Program-made: the position numbers and the translations under genes
Part shown: piece after piece, positions 19,372-29,624 of the stretch
Layout: every line of letters starts with the position of its first letter
Numbering within the stretch: position 1 is the stretch's first letter
Origin: an uncultured Acidobacteriaceae bacterium
GTDB taxonomy: Bacteria; Acidobacteriota; Terriglobia; Terriglobales; Acidobacteriaceae
Direction of reading: 5' to 3'
Length of the DNA: 64,000 nucleotides
Assembly: GCA_963807655.1 (NCBI GenBank)
Contig: CAWEDF010000031.1
Span: 75,055-139,054 of the forward strand
Notes under the pieces: generated by a model
Seen by the model: only the letters and a program-made list of their open reading frames with translations
Told to the model about the DNA's origin: nothing
Databases searched by the model: none

Positions 19372-20625
19372 ATGACCCTGCGGGATCTTTTCCATGATGG
19401 CTGCGGACGCTGTGGGCGCATAAGCTGCGGGCGTTTCTCACCATGTTCGGCATCGCCTGGGGGATCGTCTCGATTGTGCTGATGGTGGCGGCGGGCGAGG
19501 GCCTGCGCAAAGGCCAGGAAGAGCAGGCCAGAAATCTGGGCAAAGACGTGATGATTGTCTTCCACGGCCGCACCAGCCTGCAGGCCGGCGGAACCCACGC
19601 CGGGCGCCAGGTGCACTGGGAAGACGAAGATTTCCGGTAGTGCAGGCGGAGACTCCCGATTGCCAATACGCTATTCCTGAACTGGAGCAGGAAACGGTGC
19701 GTGCGCACAGCAACTTCAACAATGCCGCGCTCACGGTGACCGGATCGTATCCGCAGTTTGCCGACATTCGCAGTCTCGACGTGGGTCAGGGACGCTTCTA
19801 TGACTGGGACGACATGCGCGAGGCCGGCGGGTGGCGTTTCTGGGGTCGGATGCGGCGAAGCAATTGTTCCCCGGCCGCAATCCGGTGGGCGAAAACATCT
19901 ACCTGAATGATTTCCCCTACATCGTGATCGGCGTGATGGCGAAGAAGAAACAGGATTCCAGCTATGACGGCTGGGACGTCAACAAGATTTTCGTTCCGTT
20001 TGCCGCGATGCGGCGCGACTTTCCCGACAAGCCGCCAGGGACCTCAACACGTTCGATCAATTGCTGGTGACGCCGAAGTCGGTGGAGCAGCACGAAGCCT
20101 GCAAACACGAAGTGCGCGTGGCGCTGGCGCGCATGCACCACTTCGATCCCGCGCGACAAGGAAGCTTGTCCCATCTGGGACACGGTGCAGGAAGCGCAGG
20201 CTTTCAAGACCATGACGGACGGCATGAAATATTTCCTGGGCGCGGTGGGAATGGTGACGCTGTTGCTGGGCGGCATCGGGGTGATGAACGTGATGCTGGT
20301 GGCGGTGCGCGAGCGGACACGGGAAATCGGCGTGCGCAAGGCGCTGGGCGCGCCCGCGGCAACGATCCTGCGGCAGTTCTTCGTCGAGGCCTGATCATCG
20401 CGTTGTTGAGCGGAGCGATTGGGCTGGGCGTTGCCTTCGGCTTTTGCGCGCTGGTGAATCTGCTTCCCATGCCGGATTTTTTTGCCGGACTGATGCCGAC
20501 TGGACGTCGGGACTGGTCGCCGCCGGATTGCTGGGAACAATTGCGGTGGCGCGGCGCTGTATCCGGCGCGGCAGGCGGCGTCGATCGATCCCATTGAAGC
20601 TCTGCGGTATGAGGCGGGCGGGTAG
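19372..20625 (+). pseudogene. MacB/FtsX-type ABC permease, about 8 frame changes
   Basis: Hand-stitching ORF pieces across three frames gives a collinear permease: LRAFLTMFGIAWGIVSIVLMVAAGEG...VAFLGSDAAKQLFPGRNPVGE...[43 protein letters not shown]...SIDPIEALRYEAGG. Confidence 0.8.
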
Positions 20626-20626
20626 G

Positions 20627-20719
20627 AAATTGAGCGATTGGGTGAATGTGCCATTGGGCGATTGAAACCGCTGCGGGTTTTTCAATCGACAATCACACAA
20701 TCGCTCAATCACTCAATTT
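20627..20719. repeat. Long imperfect hairpin of CAATC/GATTG-type 7-nt units between the two permease genes
   Basis: Left arm is aaattgagcgattgggtgaatgtgccattgggcgattgaaa. The right arm reverse complement, aaattgagtgattgagcgattgtgtgattgtcgattgaa, aligns to it. Confidence 0.65.
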
Positions 20720-20726
20720 GGTTTCT

Positions 20727-21969
20727 ATGATGATTGAGATCATCCTCGAAGCCTGGATCGCGCTGAAGCGCAACCGCACGCGCAGCCTGCTCACCATGCT
20801 CGGCATCGTGTGGGGGATTGCGACGTGACGCTGCTGATCGCCTATGGCAGCGGCTTCCGCAGCGTGCTGGTGCACGGCTTCGACGCGTTCGGCAAGAGCG
20901 TGGTGATTGCTGGCCGCAGCAAACCAGCGAGCAGCCGGGCGGACAGCGCGCCGGGAAGAAAGTCGTCATCGAGCAGGCGACGTGACCTGGTGAAGGCCAC
21001 CGCGCCGCTGGTGAAACATGCGTGCCGGGAAACCGTGCGGCGTCCGGGGATTGCCTATGGCGACCGCATGGTGAAAACGGCGCCGTGCGCGGCGTTTGTC
21101 CCGAGTACGGCGAGATGCGCAACGAAGTGCCGGCGAAGGCCGCTGGCTCGATTCCAGCGACGAGCTGGAGCGCCGGCGCGTGATCTTTCTCGGCGGCCGG
21201 GTGAAGGACCAACTTCTTCAGCGGGCGCCCCGCCGTCGGCGAAACCGTACTGTGAGCGGCGTGCGCTTTACCGTGGTCGGCGTGATGGAGCGCAAGATGC
21301 AGCTCACCAATTATTTCACCAGCGACGATGAGTCGTCGTGTATTCCCTACTCGACCGCGGGCGATCTGTGGAACACGCGCTACCCGCAGTGATGGTGTTT
21401 ACGCCAATAGCGCCGCAGTTTGAAAAGAAAGCGAAGGCGCAGGTGCTGGCGGCGGTCGCGACACGCCAGGGCTTTTCGCCGACTGATGCGAAAGCCATCC
21501 AGATGTTCGGGCGCGAGGAATTCCGTCCGGTGATCGACGGGCTGACCATCGGACTGCAAGTGCTGCTGATTTCATCGGCGCGCTGACGCTCGGCATCGGC
21601 GGCGTCGGCGTGATGAACATCATGCTGGTCTCGGTGGACGAGCGCATCCGCGAGATCGGCCTGCGGCGCGCGCTGGGCGCGCGCAAGTGGCATATCGGTT
21701 CAGTTCCTGGCTGAGACTATGCTGATCATGCTGCTGGGCGGCGTCATCGGCATGCTTTTCTTATCTCTCGCATGGCGGTTCGCACGCTGCCGATGCTGGG
21801 GCCGCTGTTCGAAGACAATTCCGGCAAGGGCGACATTCATTTGCGTATTTCCGCGCTGGCGGTGATGGGCTCGAGCGCCGTGTTGCTGGTGGTGGGCGTG
21901 ATCAGCGGTATGGTGCCGGCGCTGCGGGCATCGAAGCTGGATCCGGTGGAAGCGCTGAGGTACGAGTAA
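20727..21969 (+). pseudogene. Second MacB/FtsX-type ABC permease, 10 or more frame changes
   Basis: Collinear pieces in three frames: [120 protein letters not shown]. Confidence 0.8.
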
Positions 21970-22081
21970 AACCTGACCCATGCCTCGTTCTCGTTCTGAC
22001 TTGCGCCCGCCGAATTAGTTTGATCCCCGGCGGCATTCGCAGTACCTTTTCTGCTGGGTAATTTGCAGTTCGAGGTGCACT

Positions 22082-23192
22082 TTGCCATTTTCCGCCGTTG
22101 ACGCAATCGCTCCCGCCTTTGAGCACACCAGGCGGCAACTGCTGCAGCCCTTCCGCTTTGGCCAGTGGATTCGCCTCGCTTTCGTCGGATTGCTGGCCGG
22201 CGAACTCAGTTCCGGCGGCGGATGCAATGTGCCCAGCCCGTCCAGCTTCAACATTCCGAAACATCCCGGCACGCAGCATTTCCTGGCGCCCGGCTTCGGC
22301 GGGTATCGATCCCATGCTTTACGCAGGATTGATAGCGACCCTGGTCATCGCCGGGTTTGTGTTGTGGATCGTGCTGACCTACATCAGCAGCGTCATGCGT
22401 TTTATATTGTTCGATAGTGTGGTGGCGAAGCAGTGCCACATTCGCCAGAATTGGAGCCAGCGGCAAGCGCCCGGTTGGCGTTATTTCCTCTGGAAGTTGG
22501 CGTACACGCTGGTGACCCTAGGCGTGCTCGTCGTCCTGGTGGGCATCCCGGCGGCCTTCGCCTTCGCCGTCGGATGGTTCAATGATCCCAAGCAACATCT
22601 CCTCCCTCTGATACTCATCGGCATCGCCCTGTTCTTCGTCATCGCCATCTTTGTGATTGCCATGGCCGTGATTTACGTGCTGACCAAAGACTTCGTCGTG
22701 CCGCAAATGGCACTCGACAATATTGGCGCGATGGAAGGCTGGCGGCGGCTTTGGCCAATGATGCAGGCCGAGAAGGGTGGCTACGCGGCCTACGTGGGAA
22801 TGAAAATCGTGCTGGCCATTGGAGCGGGCATCGTTCTCGGCATTGTGGGAATCCTTCTCGGTCTGATTATTTTGATTCCAGTGGCGGGAGTGGTTATTGC
22901 TGCCGTGATGGCCGCCAAGGCGGCGGGCGTGGGCTGGACCGTTGGCACAATCACTCTGGCCGTGGTGGCAGGGTGTATGTTGCTGGCTGTTTTCTTCTTT
23001 ATGTCTGCATTAATCGCAGTTCCCGCGATTGTGTTCTTTCCAGCGTATTCGATCTATTTCTTCGCCGCACGCTATCCAGCGCTTGGCACCGCGCTCTATC
23101 CTGTACCGCCCGCTCCGCAGATTTCACCGGCCACAGGCCCGCCTCCGTATGAGCCGCCGCCCTTGCCACCAACTCCGGCGCCGATCGGATAA
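22082..23192 (+). pseudogene. Polytopic membrane protein of unknown function with a Pro-rich tail; probable frame change near 22300
   Basis: ORF 22082.. begins plausibly (MPFSAVDAIAPAFEHTRRQLLQPFRFGQWIRLAFVGLLAGE). The long ORF 22098..23192 only looks protein-like from about GIDPMLYAGLIATLVIAGF onward. Confidence 0.5.
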
Positions 23193-23205
23193 ACTCCGGT
23201 AATTA

Positions 23206-24030
23206 CTAGGGAGAATCTTTGGCCTTGTTATTCCGCCGGTGCGGCCATGAGAATCGCCGGCCGATGATGCATTTCACGATCAGGTGATCGGTGGAGCGGG
23301 TGGTGCCGACGCCGACTCCGAAATTGAACTCCCACTGCGGGCCGAAGTCGACGTCGATCGAGGGGAAGAATTGTTGCTGCTGATCTTTGAGAGCGTCGAA
23401 GCCGGTGAGTGAACCGTAGGAGGCGTAGTATTCCAGCCCGCCCGCGATCTTCTTCGTGAAATCGTAGCTGACCTTGGCGTTGGGCGAAAACGTTAACCCC
23501 TGATTCACGCCGGGCCCGTGCCAGGAGCGGTCGAGCGCGGGATTGAAGGCCAGATACCACGGGCCAATCTTCTTGTCGATGATGGGGCGAATTTCCCACG
23601 TCCAGGTGTCGGGAGAAAAAGCGGCGCGCTGGTAGCCGATCTCATTCGAAAGGCTCACCCCCACGGGCCAATGCCATTTTTCCGGGACCCGTACGCGCGG
23701 ACGGATGTGGTCGCCCACCCATTGCCATCCGCCGTCAGACTGAATGCTGGTGAAAACGTAAAAACCAACTTCGGCCCAGTCGTTGATTCCCTGTGTGATC
23801 TCGAGAGTTTCATGCTCGGCGTGGTTCGAGGGGAGAACTCCGTCTTCGACAGTCTTGCTGCCCTCGACCGTGAAGTTAGAGTGGATTTCAAACATGGTCG
23901 AGCGGGGAACGACCGTGTCCGCGCCGTAGACCTGAATCTCGTAGTTATCCTGCGCTTGGGCAAGCGGAGTCAGGGCCGAGAAGAGCGAGAAAAGAAGCGC
24001 GAGGATTGCCGAGCGAGCGAGACAGGTCAT
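23206..24030 (-). CDS. Putative outer-membrane beta-barrel protein with signal peptide
   Basis: I prefer the ATG at 24030: MTCLARSAILALLFSLFSALTPLAQAQ, followed by alternating aromatic/polar strands. The upstream part of ORF 23206..24288 is REP sequence. Confidence 0.6.
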   Translation of the reverse strand: MTCLARSAILALLFSLFSALTPLAQAQDNYEIQVYGADTVVPRSTMFEIHSNFTVEGSKTVEDGVLPSNHAEHETLEITQGINDWAEVGFYVFTSIQSDGGWQWVGDHIRPRVRVPEKWHWPVGVSLSNEIGYQRAAFSPDTWTWEIRPIIDKKIGPWYLAFNPALDRSWHGPGVNQGLTFSPNAKVSYDFTKKIAGGLEYYASYGSLTGFDALKDQQQQFFPSIDVDFGPQWEFNFGVGVGTTRSTDHLIVKCIIGRRFSWPHRRNNKAKDSP

Positions 24031-24112
24031 TATAAGGTTCAGGCCGCCCTGATCCGCTGCGCGACCGTGTTTCCATGATGCACGGTGGGGGCGAAGATAA
24101 GCAACCGAATGA

Positions 24113-24220
24113 GTCATTCCGAGCGAAGCGAGGAACCTGATGTCGCTGGCGCCCGGCAAACAGCGGATTCCTCGTCGCTTCGCTCCTCGGAAGGACAAGA
24201 CGGGGGAGCCTCGGAATGAC
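24113..24220. repeat. REP-like inverted-repeat element (gtcattccgagcgaagcgaggaa type)
   Basis: gtcattccgagcgaagcgaggaa pairs with ttcctcgtcgcttcgctcctcggaagg. A further cctcggaatgac follows. Confidence 0.75.
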
Positions 24221-24303
24221 CGGGGGAACTCTCGCGCCGCCCGAGGTGTCTGATGTTGCAGACACGCGCGTGCCAAAGAGAAAGACAACCGGAGGAGCTT
24301 TCT

Positions 24304-24798
24304 ATGTCGTTCTCCATGTCAGGAAATGGGGCAGGCCGAGGTGCGCGCGGCCCCGAGATCAACGTCACCCCGCTGATCGACGTGCTGCTGACTCTGATCA
24401 TTGTGTTTATGGTCGTAGTGTCAATGGACAAGGACCAGGGGGAAACGGCGCAGATTCCGCAGCCGGACCAGAAACAGACGCAGAATATCTCCCAGCCACG
24501 CACGGTCGTGATCCAGGTGGTGTGGACGAAGGAGAATCAGCCGCCGACGGTGAAGATCAATCAGGATGAAGTGCGGTGGGAAGACCTGGAGACGCGGCTG
24601 GCGGAAATTTACTTGAAGCGTGCGGAGAAAGTGGTCTTCGTGCGCGGCGATGCCGACGTCGACTTCCAGTACGTCGCCGAGGTGATTGACGTGGCGCATC
24701 ACGCCGGCGTGGAGCGCGTGGGGCTGCTGACTATGGATCGGGAGGTGGCCGGGAATGAGCGGAACACTAGAACTAACTCTTCAGAGCGTCTAGGATAG
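24304..24798 (+). CDS. exbD: ExbD/TolR-family biopolymer transport protein
   Basis: ATG at 24304 follows ggaggag. Contains EINVTPLIDVLLTLIIVFMVV, a typical ExbD TM segment. Confidence 0.8.
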   Translation: MSFSMSGNGAGRGARGPEINVTPLIDVLLTLIIVFMVVVSMDKDQGETAQIPQPDQKQTQNISQPRTVVIQVVWTKENQPPTVKINQDEVRWEDLETRLAEIYLKRAEKVVFVRGDADVDFQYVAEVIDVAHHAGVERVGLLTMDREVAGNERNTRTNSSERLG

Positions 24799-24815
24799 GT
24801 GAGGGCGGGGTTACG

Positions 24816-25409
24816 ATGCACCGAAACGCAATTGTTCTCTTGGTTCTTGTTGCGAGCGTAACGTTGTCGGCTCAGGAGCCCTATTTTCCGAAGGACGCGC
24901 TTAGTGACAATCCTCGCAGCGATCTATTTCGGTCGGACTGGTATTCCAAAGACCTTAAGGCACTGCAGGAACCTTCCTTATTGCAGTTCGCGAAGAATCA
25001 ATCGTTGGAGTCGTATAGGTTTGTTTGGCTACGTACGTTCCATCATCCTGTAGTCGTGCGTCTTGACCTCGCGTCTGATGGCACAGGACAACTCACGACG
25101 AAAGTGTCGAGTGGTGCAGGTGGGTACGATCCTGGCCATATTGTCGAAAACAAGTCCCGACCCGTGACGCGCGAGGAGGCGGAAAAGTTCTTGGCCAGAG
25201 TGAAACAGGAGCAATTCTGGGAGTTGCCGAGCCGTGAGACTCCAGCTACCGTGGGCTGCGACGGTTCCCAGTGGATTATCGAAGGGGTGACGGGCGGGAA
25301 ATATCACGTGATTGATCGGTGGACACCCCGTAAAGGACCGGTTCGTGACCTCGGCCTTGTCTTTCTGAAGCTAGCGCAGATGAAGATTCCAAGAGACGAA
25401 CTCTACTAA
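24816..25409 (+). CDS. Hypothetical secreted protein
   Basis: 197 aa with signal-like N-terminus MHRNAIVLLVLVASVTLSAQ. No family recognised. Confidence 0.5.
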   Translation: MHRNAIVLLVLVASVTLSAQEPYFPKDALSDNPRSDLFRSDWYSKDLKALQEPSLLQFAKNQSLESYRFVWLRTFHHPVVVRLDLASDGTGQLTTKVSSGAGGYDPGHIVENKSRPVTREEAEKFLARVKQEQFWELPSRETPATVGCDGSQWIIEGVTGGKYHVIDRWTPRKGPVRDLGLVFLKLAQMKIPRDELY

Positions 25410-25461
25410 AAGCTCCAGTTAGCGTATCCTCGTCCCAAGAGCCGTTGGCTGAGAGAGATTC

Positions 25462-26955
25462 CTAATTCCTCGCCCTATTCTTAATCCAAATCGGCGTCCC
25501 CAAAAAACCGAAGGCCTTCCGGATCTGATTCTCCAAAAAGCGCTGGTAGGAGAAGTGCAGCTTCACGGCGCGGTTGGTGAAGAGCACGAACGTAGGCGGG
25601 GCGACCGAGGCTTGCGTCATGTAGAGAATCTTCACACGCGAGCGCATGGGGACGGAGGCGCGCTCAAAGTCCACGGTTTCGATGAAGCGGTTTATGGCCG
25701 ACGTGGGGATGCGCTTGCGGCGCTCGGTGGCCACTTGTTCGAGCAGCGGGAAGATTCTCTCCGTGCCTTTGCCGGTGTGGGCCGAGATGAAGACGATGGG
25801 CGCGTAGTTCAGGAATTTCAGATCGTGGCGCAGGCGCTCTTCGTAGGCGTCGCGGTCGCCGGGCCGCTTGCTTTCCCGCATGCGCATGGCTTTCGACGGC
25901 CTGCCGGGTTTCAGCGTGCCGCCGGTGACCAGATCCCATTTGTTCACGACGATGATTATCGAACGTCCGCTCTCGTGGGCGTAGCCGGCGATTGCGGCGT
26001 CGAGCTGGCTGACGCCTTCGGCAGCGTCAATCACCAGCAGCGCGATGTCGGCGCCTTCGAGATGTTTGCGCGCCATCACGACGGAAAGTTTTTCCGCCAT
26101 CAGGTGAGTCTTGCCTTTGCGGCGAATGCCGGCAGTGTCGATGAAGCGGAAGCGGCGGCCATCGCGCTCAATGATTTCGTCGACGGCGTCGCGCGTGGTA
26201 CCGGGAATCGGCGAGACGATGGCGCGGTCGGAGGCCGTCAGGCAATTCAACAGCGTTGACTTGCCAACGTTCGGATGTCCGATGATGGCGACCTTGGTTT
26301 CGTAGACGGGAGAATCGTCGTCGGTCCCTTCGCCCGGCTCAGGGCGAGCTAAGGACGGTCGTTGGTCGTGGGTCGTTGGCAATTCAGCACGGTCTTCATC
26401 GGCAGTCTCGGGCGGCAAGACCTTAAACACAGCGTCCAGCAGATCATCGATGCCACGGCCGTGTTCGGCGGAGATGGGAAACATCTTATTGATCCCAAGT
26501 CGATGGAACTCGTCCACGATCCGCGCCTGCTTTTCCGTGTCGGCTTTGTTGACCGCGAGAAAGAGCGGACGTCCGGTCTTGCGCAGCAGGCGGACGAGTT
26601 CAAGATCCGGCCCGGCGACTTCCGACCGGCCATCCACGACCATGACAATGGCGGCGGCTTCATCAAATGCGACCCGGGCCTGACGGAAGATTTCCGATGG
26701 AATGAAATCCTTGTCTTCCGGAATGATGCCGCCGGTGTCGATGATGCGGAGGGGGCGGCCGCACCACTCCGCATCGCCGTACAGTCGGTCGCGCGTGATG
26801 CCGGGCTCGTCGCCGACAATGGCGCGGCGCGAGCCGACGATGCGATTGAACAGCGTGGACTTGCCTACGTTGGGCCGGCCGACGATGGCAAGCGTCGGAA
26901 CGCCGGCAGCGGTGGTGGCGAGAGTGCTGGTCGAGTTGTAGGTGGGCTGGGTCAA
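25462..26955 (-). CDS. der: Ribosome-associated GTPase Der/EngA (start uncertain; longest ORF reaches 27063)
   Basis: Two G domains: IVGRPNVGKSTLFNR...DTGG and IIGHPNVGKSTLLN...DTAG. The KH-like C-terminus ends IRKAFGFLGTPIWIKNR. Confidence 0.9.
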   Translation of the reverse strand: MTQPTYNSTSTLATTAAGVPTLAIVGRPNVGKSTLFNRIVGSRRAIVGDEPGITRDRLYGDAEWCGRPLRIIDTGGIIPEDKDFIPSEIFRQARVAFDEAAAIVMVVDGRSEVAGPDLELVRLLRKTGRPLFLAVNKADTEKQARIVDEFHRLGINKMFPISAEHGRGIDDLLDAVFKVLPPETADEDRAELPTTHDQRPSLARPEPGEGTDDDSPVYETKVAIIGHPNVGKSTLLNCLTASDRAIVSPIPGTTRDAVDEIIERDGRRFRFIDTAGIRRKGKTHLMAEKLSVVMARKHLEGADIALLVIDAAEGVSQLDAAIAGYAHESGRSIIIVVNKWDLVTGGTLKPGRPSKAMRMRESKRPGDRDAYEERLRHDLKFLNYAPIVFISAHTGKGTERIFPLLEQVATERRKRIPTSAINRFIETVDFERASVPMRSRVKILYMTQASVAPPTFVLFTNRAVKLHFSYQRFLENQIRKAFGFLGTPIWIKNRARN

Positions 26956-27007
26956 AATGAGTGGCAACCAGTGCTGATCGCTGCGAACCCTTATTATAGA
27001 GACTCCC

Positions 27008-29125
27008 GTGGCTTTAGGTTCCCAACCCGTCTCTCCTGCAACCCCGAGCCGCCCTGCTCCCAAGGGAAAAGACGCTTCGGGCGTCCCTTATTCAACCCTT
27101 CATCAATTCTTCGCGCCGGGCGGAGTGCTGGCGCACACGCATCCCGCATATGAATTTCGCCGCGGGCAGTTGCAGATGGCGCAGGCGGTCGAGCAGGCGC
27201 TCGAAGAAAAGCGTCACCTGATTGTGGAAGCCGGGACAGGCACCGGAAAAACGCTGGCATACCTGATGCCGGTGATCCGCTCGGGCAAACGGGTAATCAT
27301 CTCGACTGGCACAAAGAATCTTCAGGAACAACTTTTCTACAAAGACATCCCATTTCTCGAGCAGGCTCTGTTTGGCGAGGCGGCTTCCGGCGGCGAAAGT
27401 TCGCGACGGCTCTCCGTCTGTTACATGAAAGGCCGCAACAATTATTTGTGCCGCAAGAAGCTTTACGACCTTACCGATCAGCCGGTGCTGAGCGGGTTGG
27501 AAGAGATTGAGCAATATCGCGCGATTGCCGCGTGGGAGAAGACGACCGCGACCGGCGACCGCGCGGAACTGGCCGAACTTCCCGAGACCAGCGCGCTCTG
27601 GCCCAAGCTGGACGCGCGCTCCGAGGCGTGTATCGGGCAGAAGTGCAAGGAGTGGGAGCGCTGCTTCATCACCGAAATGCGCCGGCGCGGGATGGAGAGT
27701 GACATCATTATCGTCAACCATCATCTGTTTTTCGCCGATCTCGCCATCAAACTGCAGGCCGAGGGCGCACCCGATGCGGGGATTCTTCCCGAGGCTGCAG
27801 CGGTAATTTTCGACGAAGCGCACGAACTGGAAGATGTGGCGGGAAACTACTTCGGAATCTCGGTGAGCAATCTGCGAGCGGAAAATCTGGCGCGCGACGT
27901 CGAAGCGTCGCTGCAGCATAACCACATGCTTTCCGCGTCGCTTTCGGGAGCGCTGGGAAGTTTGCGGGAGCGGTCGCAATTCTTTTTCTCGCTGTTGCCG
28001 CCGGGAGAGGGTCGCTTCGCGTTCGACACACGGCGAGAGTTTCTCGAAGAAAACGGCGATGAGTTCCTCGCGCTCAATCAGGCGCTGACCCGGCTGGCGG
28101 GCGAACTGGAAGGCCTCCCGCAGAAACCGGAGGAAGTGTTCAACTTCGTGCGGCGGGCGCAGGAACTTCAGGTGCAACTCGCGTTCGCCATGGAGTCGGA
28201 CGATCGCAATACCGTGTTCTGGATCGAGCGGCGAAGCGGGCGAATCAATTCGCCACAGAGACACCGAGGCGCAGAGAAAACCGGGGAAGCGTCTCAAGGC
28301 TTTCGTGGTGGCAGGGAGAACGTCTTCCTCCAGGCTACGCCGATCGATGTGGGCCCCATCCTGCGCGAATGCCTGTGGTCGAAGCTTGAGTGTGCGGTCC
28401 TCACTTCGGCTACCCTCGCCGTTGGCGGAGGCTTCGAGTACATCCGGCAGCGCCTCGGCTTGGAGCACACGCGCGAGTCGGTGCTGCCTTCGCACTTCGA
28501 CTACGAAAATCAGGCGTTGTTTTATGTGCCCCCCGATCTACCCGATGCCCGCACGCCTCAGTTTACGGCGCTGGCGGCGGAGCGCATTCGCAGGCTGCTG
28601 GAGATTACGCACGGCCGCGCCTTCGTGCTCTTCACCAGCTATGCGCAAATGAACGATGTCTACCAGCGACTGCTGGGCGAGTTAGCGTTCCCCATGCTGC
28701 GGCAGGGCGACGCGCCGAAGAGTGCCCTGCTCGAGGAGTTTCGGCTGACGCCAAACGCCGTGCTGTTTGCCACTTCGTCGTTCTGGCAGGGCGTGGACGT
28801 ACAGGGCGAACAGTTGAGTTGCGTGATCATCGACCGCCTGCCATTTGCCGTGCCAAGCGATCCGGTCGTAGCAGCTAGAGTAAAGGCGATTGATGCTGAC
28901 GGCGGCAACGCGTTCTTTAAATATCAGGTGCCGGCGGCGGTAATCACGCTGAAACAAGGCTTCGGACGGCTCATCCGCTCCCTGCACGACCGCGGACTGC
29001 TGGTGCTGCTCGACAACCGCATCCTCAAGAAGCAGTACGGGCGAGTGTTCATCGAGAGCCTGCCAAACTACAAGAAGACTACCGACATGCGGGTGGTGGA
29101 AGAGTTTTTCGGCGTAGCCAATTGA
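27008..29125 (+). CDS. DinG/Rad3-family ATP-dependent DNA helicase (Fe-S type) with a REP-derived in-frame insertion
   Basis: 705 aa with AGTGTGKTLAY (Walker A), FDEAHELED (DEAH), four Cys in the 4Fe-4S-like region, and FWQGVDV in the C-terminal helicase domain. Confidence 0.85.
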   Translation: MALGSQPVSPATPSRPAPKGKDASGVPYSTLHQFFAPGGVLAHTHPAYEFRRGQLQMAQAVEQALEEKRHLIVEAGTGTGKTLAYLMPVIRSGKRVIISTGTKNLQEQLFYKDIPFLEQALFGEAASGGESSRRLSVCYMKGRNNYLCRKKLYDLTDQPVLSGLEEIEQYRAIAAWEKTTATGDRAELAELPETSALWPKLDARSEACIGQKCKEWERCFITEMRRRGMESDIIIVNHHLFFADLAIKLQAEGAPDAGILPEAAAVIFDEAHELEDVAGNYFGISVSNLRAENLARDVEASLQHNHMLSASLSGALGSLRERSQFFFSLLPPGEGRFAFDTRREFLEENGDEFLALNQALTRLAGELEGLPQKPEEVFNFVRRAQELQVQLAFAMESDDRNTVFWIERRSGRINSPQRHRGAEKTGEASQGFRGGRENVFLQATPIDVGPILRECLWSKLECAVLTSATLAVGGGFEYIRQRLGLEHTRESVLPSHFDYENQALFYVPPDLPDARTPQFTALAAERIRRLLEITHGRAFVLFTSYAQMNDVYQRLLGELAFPMLRQGDAPKSALLEEFRLTPNAVLFATSSFWQGVDVQGEQLSCVIIDRLPFAVPSDPVVAARVKAIDADGGNAFFKYQVPAAVITLKQGFGRLIRSLHDRGLLVLLDNRILKKQYGRVFIESLPNYKKTTDMRVVEEFFGVAN

Positions 29126-29150
29126 AAGAGGTGCCGTGCTCGACAGCCTT

Positions 29151-29543
29151 TCAATGCAGCAGTCGCATCCCAGTCCCGGCTGCTGCCTTCCGATCGAAGG
29201 TGACTGTGTGTTCGCAGTTAACCGGGTGGCCGCAGCGCTCGATCAAACAATCAGCGAAGTCGGCGCGGCTGCCGCGGATCATCCGTAATGCCTGCGAGAC
29301 GATTTCAGCCCGCTCAAGGACCAGTTCCTCGCTGCGCAACAGCGTCTCCAGGACCTGTTCAATTTCTTTCTTCGTGAAGCGGTACAGGGATTCCAACAAC
29401 CAAACCAGTTCTGGACCCAGTAGCGAGGCGGATGGTCAGATTGTAAACTAGCCTGCGGTCGAAATCTGAGCCGCCGGAGGCTGGTCAACGAAAGAAGTGA
29501 ACAGGTAAGCCAACTTTGGAACGAGGAGGCAGTCAAGCCGCAT
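29151..29543 (-). pseudogene. Relic PIN-domain (VapC-like) toxin gene with two in-frame stops
   Basis: A single frame reads MRLDCLLVPKLAYLF...STAG-TAG-FTI-TGA-PSASLLGPELVWLLESLYRFTKKEIEQVL...ADFADCLIE...TVTFDRKAAAGTGMRLL. Stops are at 29448-29450 and 29436-29438. Confidence 0.6.
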
Positions 29544-29624
29544 TCCGCCCCAGCCGCGTTACAATAAAGGTTTCGCGATGAAACGCGGTCCAGCCTGTAT
29601 TCACGTGGGGCCGCTGAGGGATGC

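Noticed and set aside
29544-29624. Possible preQ1 riboswitch upstream of queD.
   Set aside because: The 80-nt spacer has CGCG hairpins but not the compact P1 stem plus A-rich tail of preQ1-I that I can recognise. It also overlaps the vapC relic. It needs an Rfam scan.
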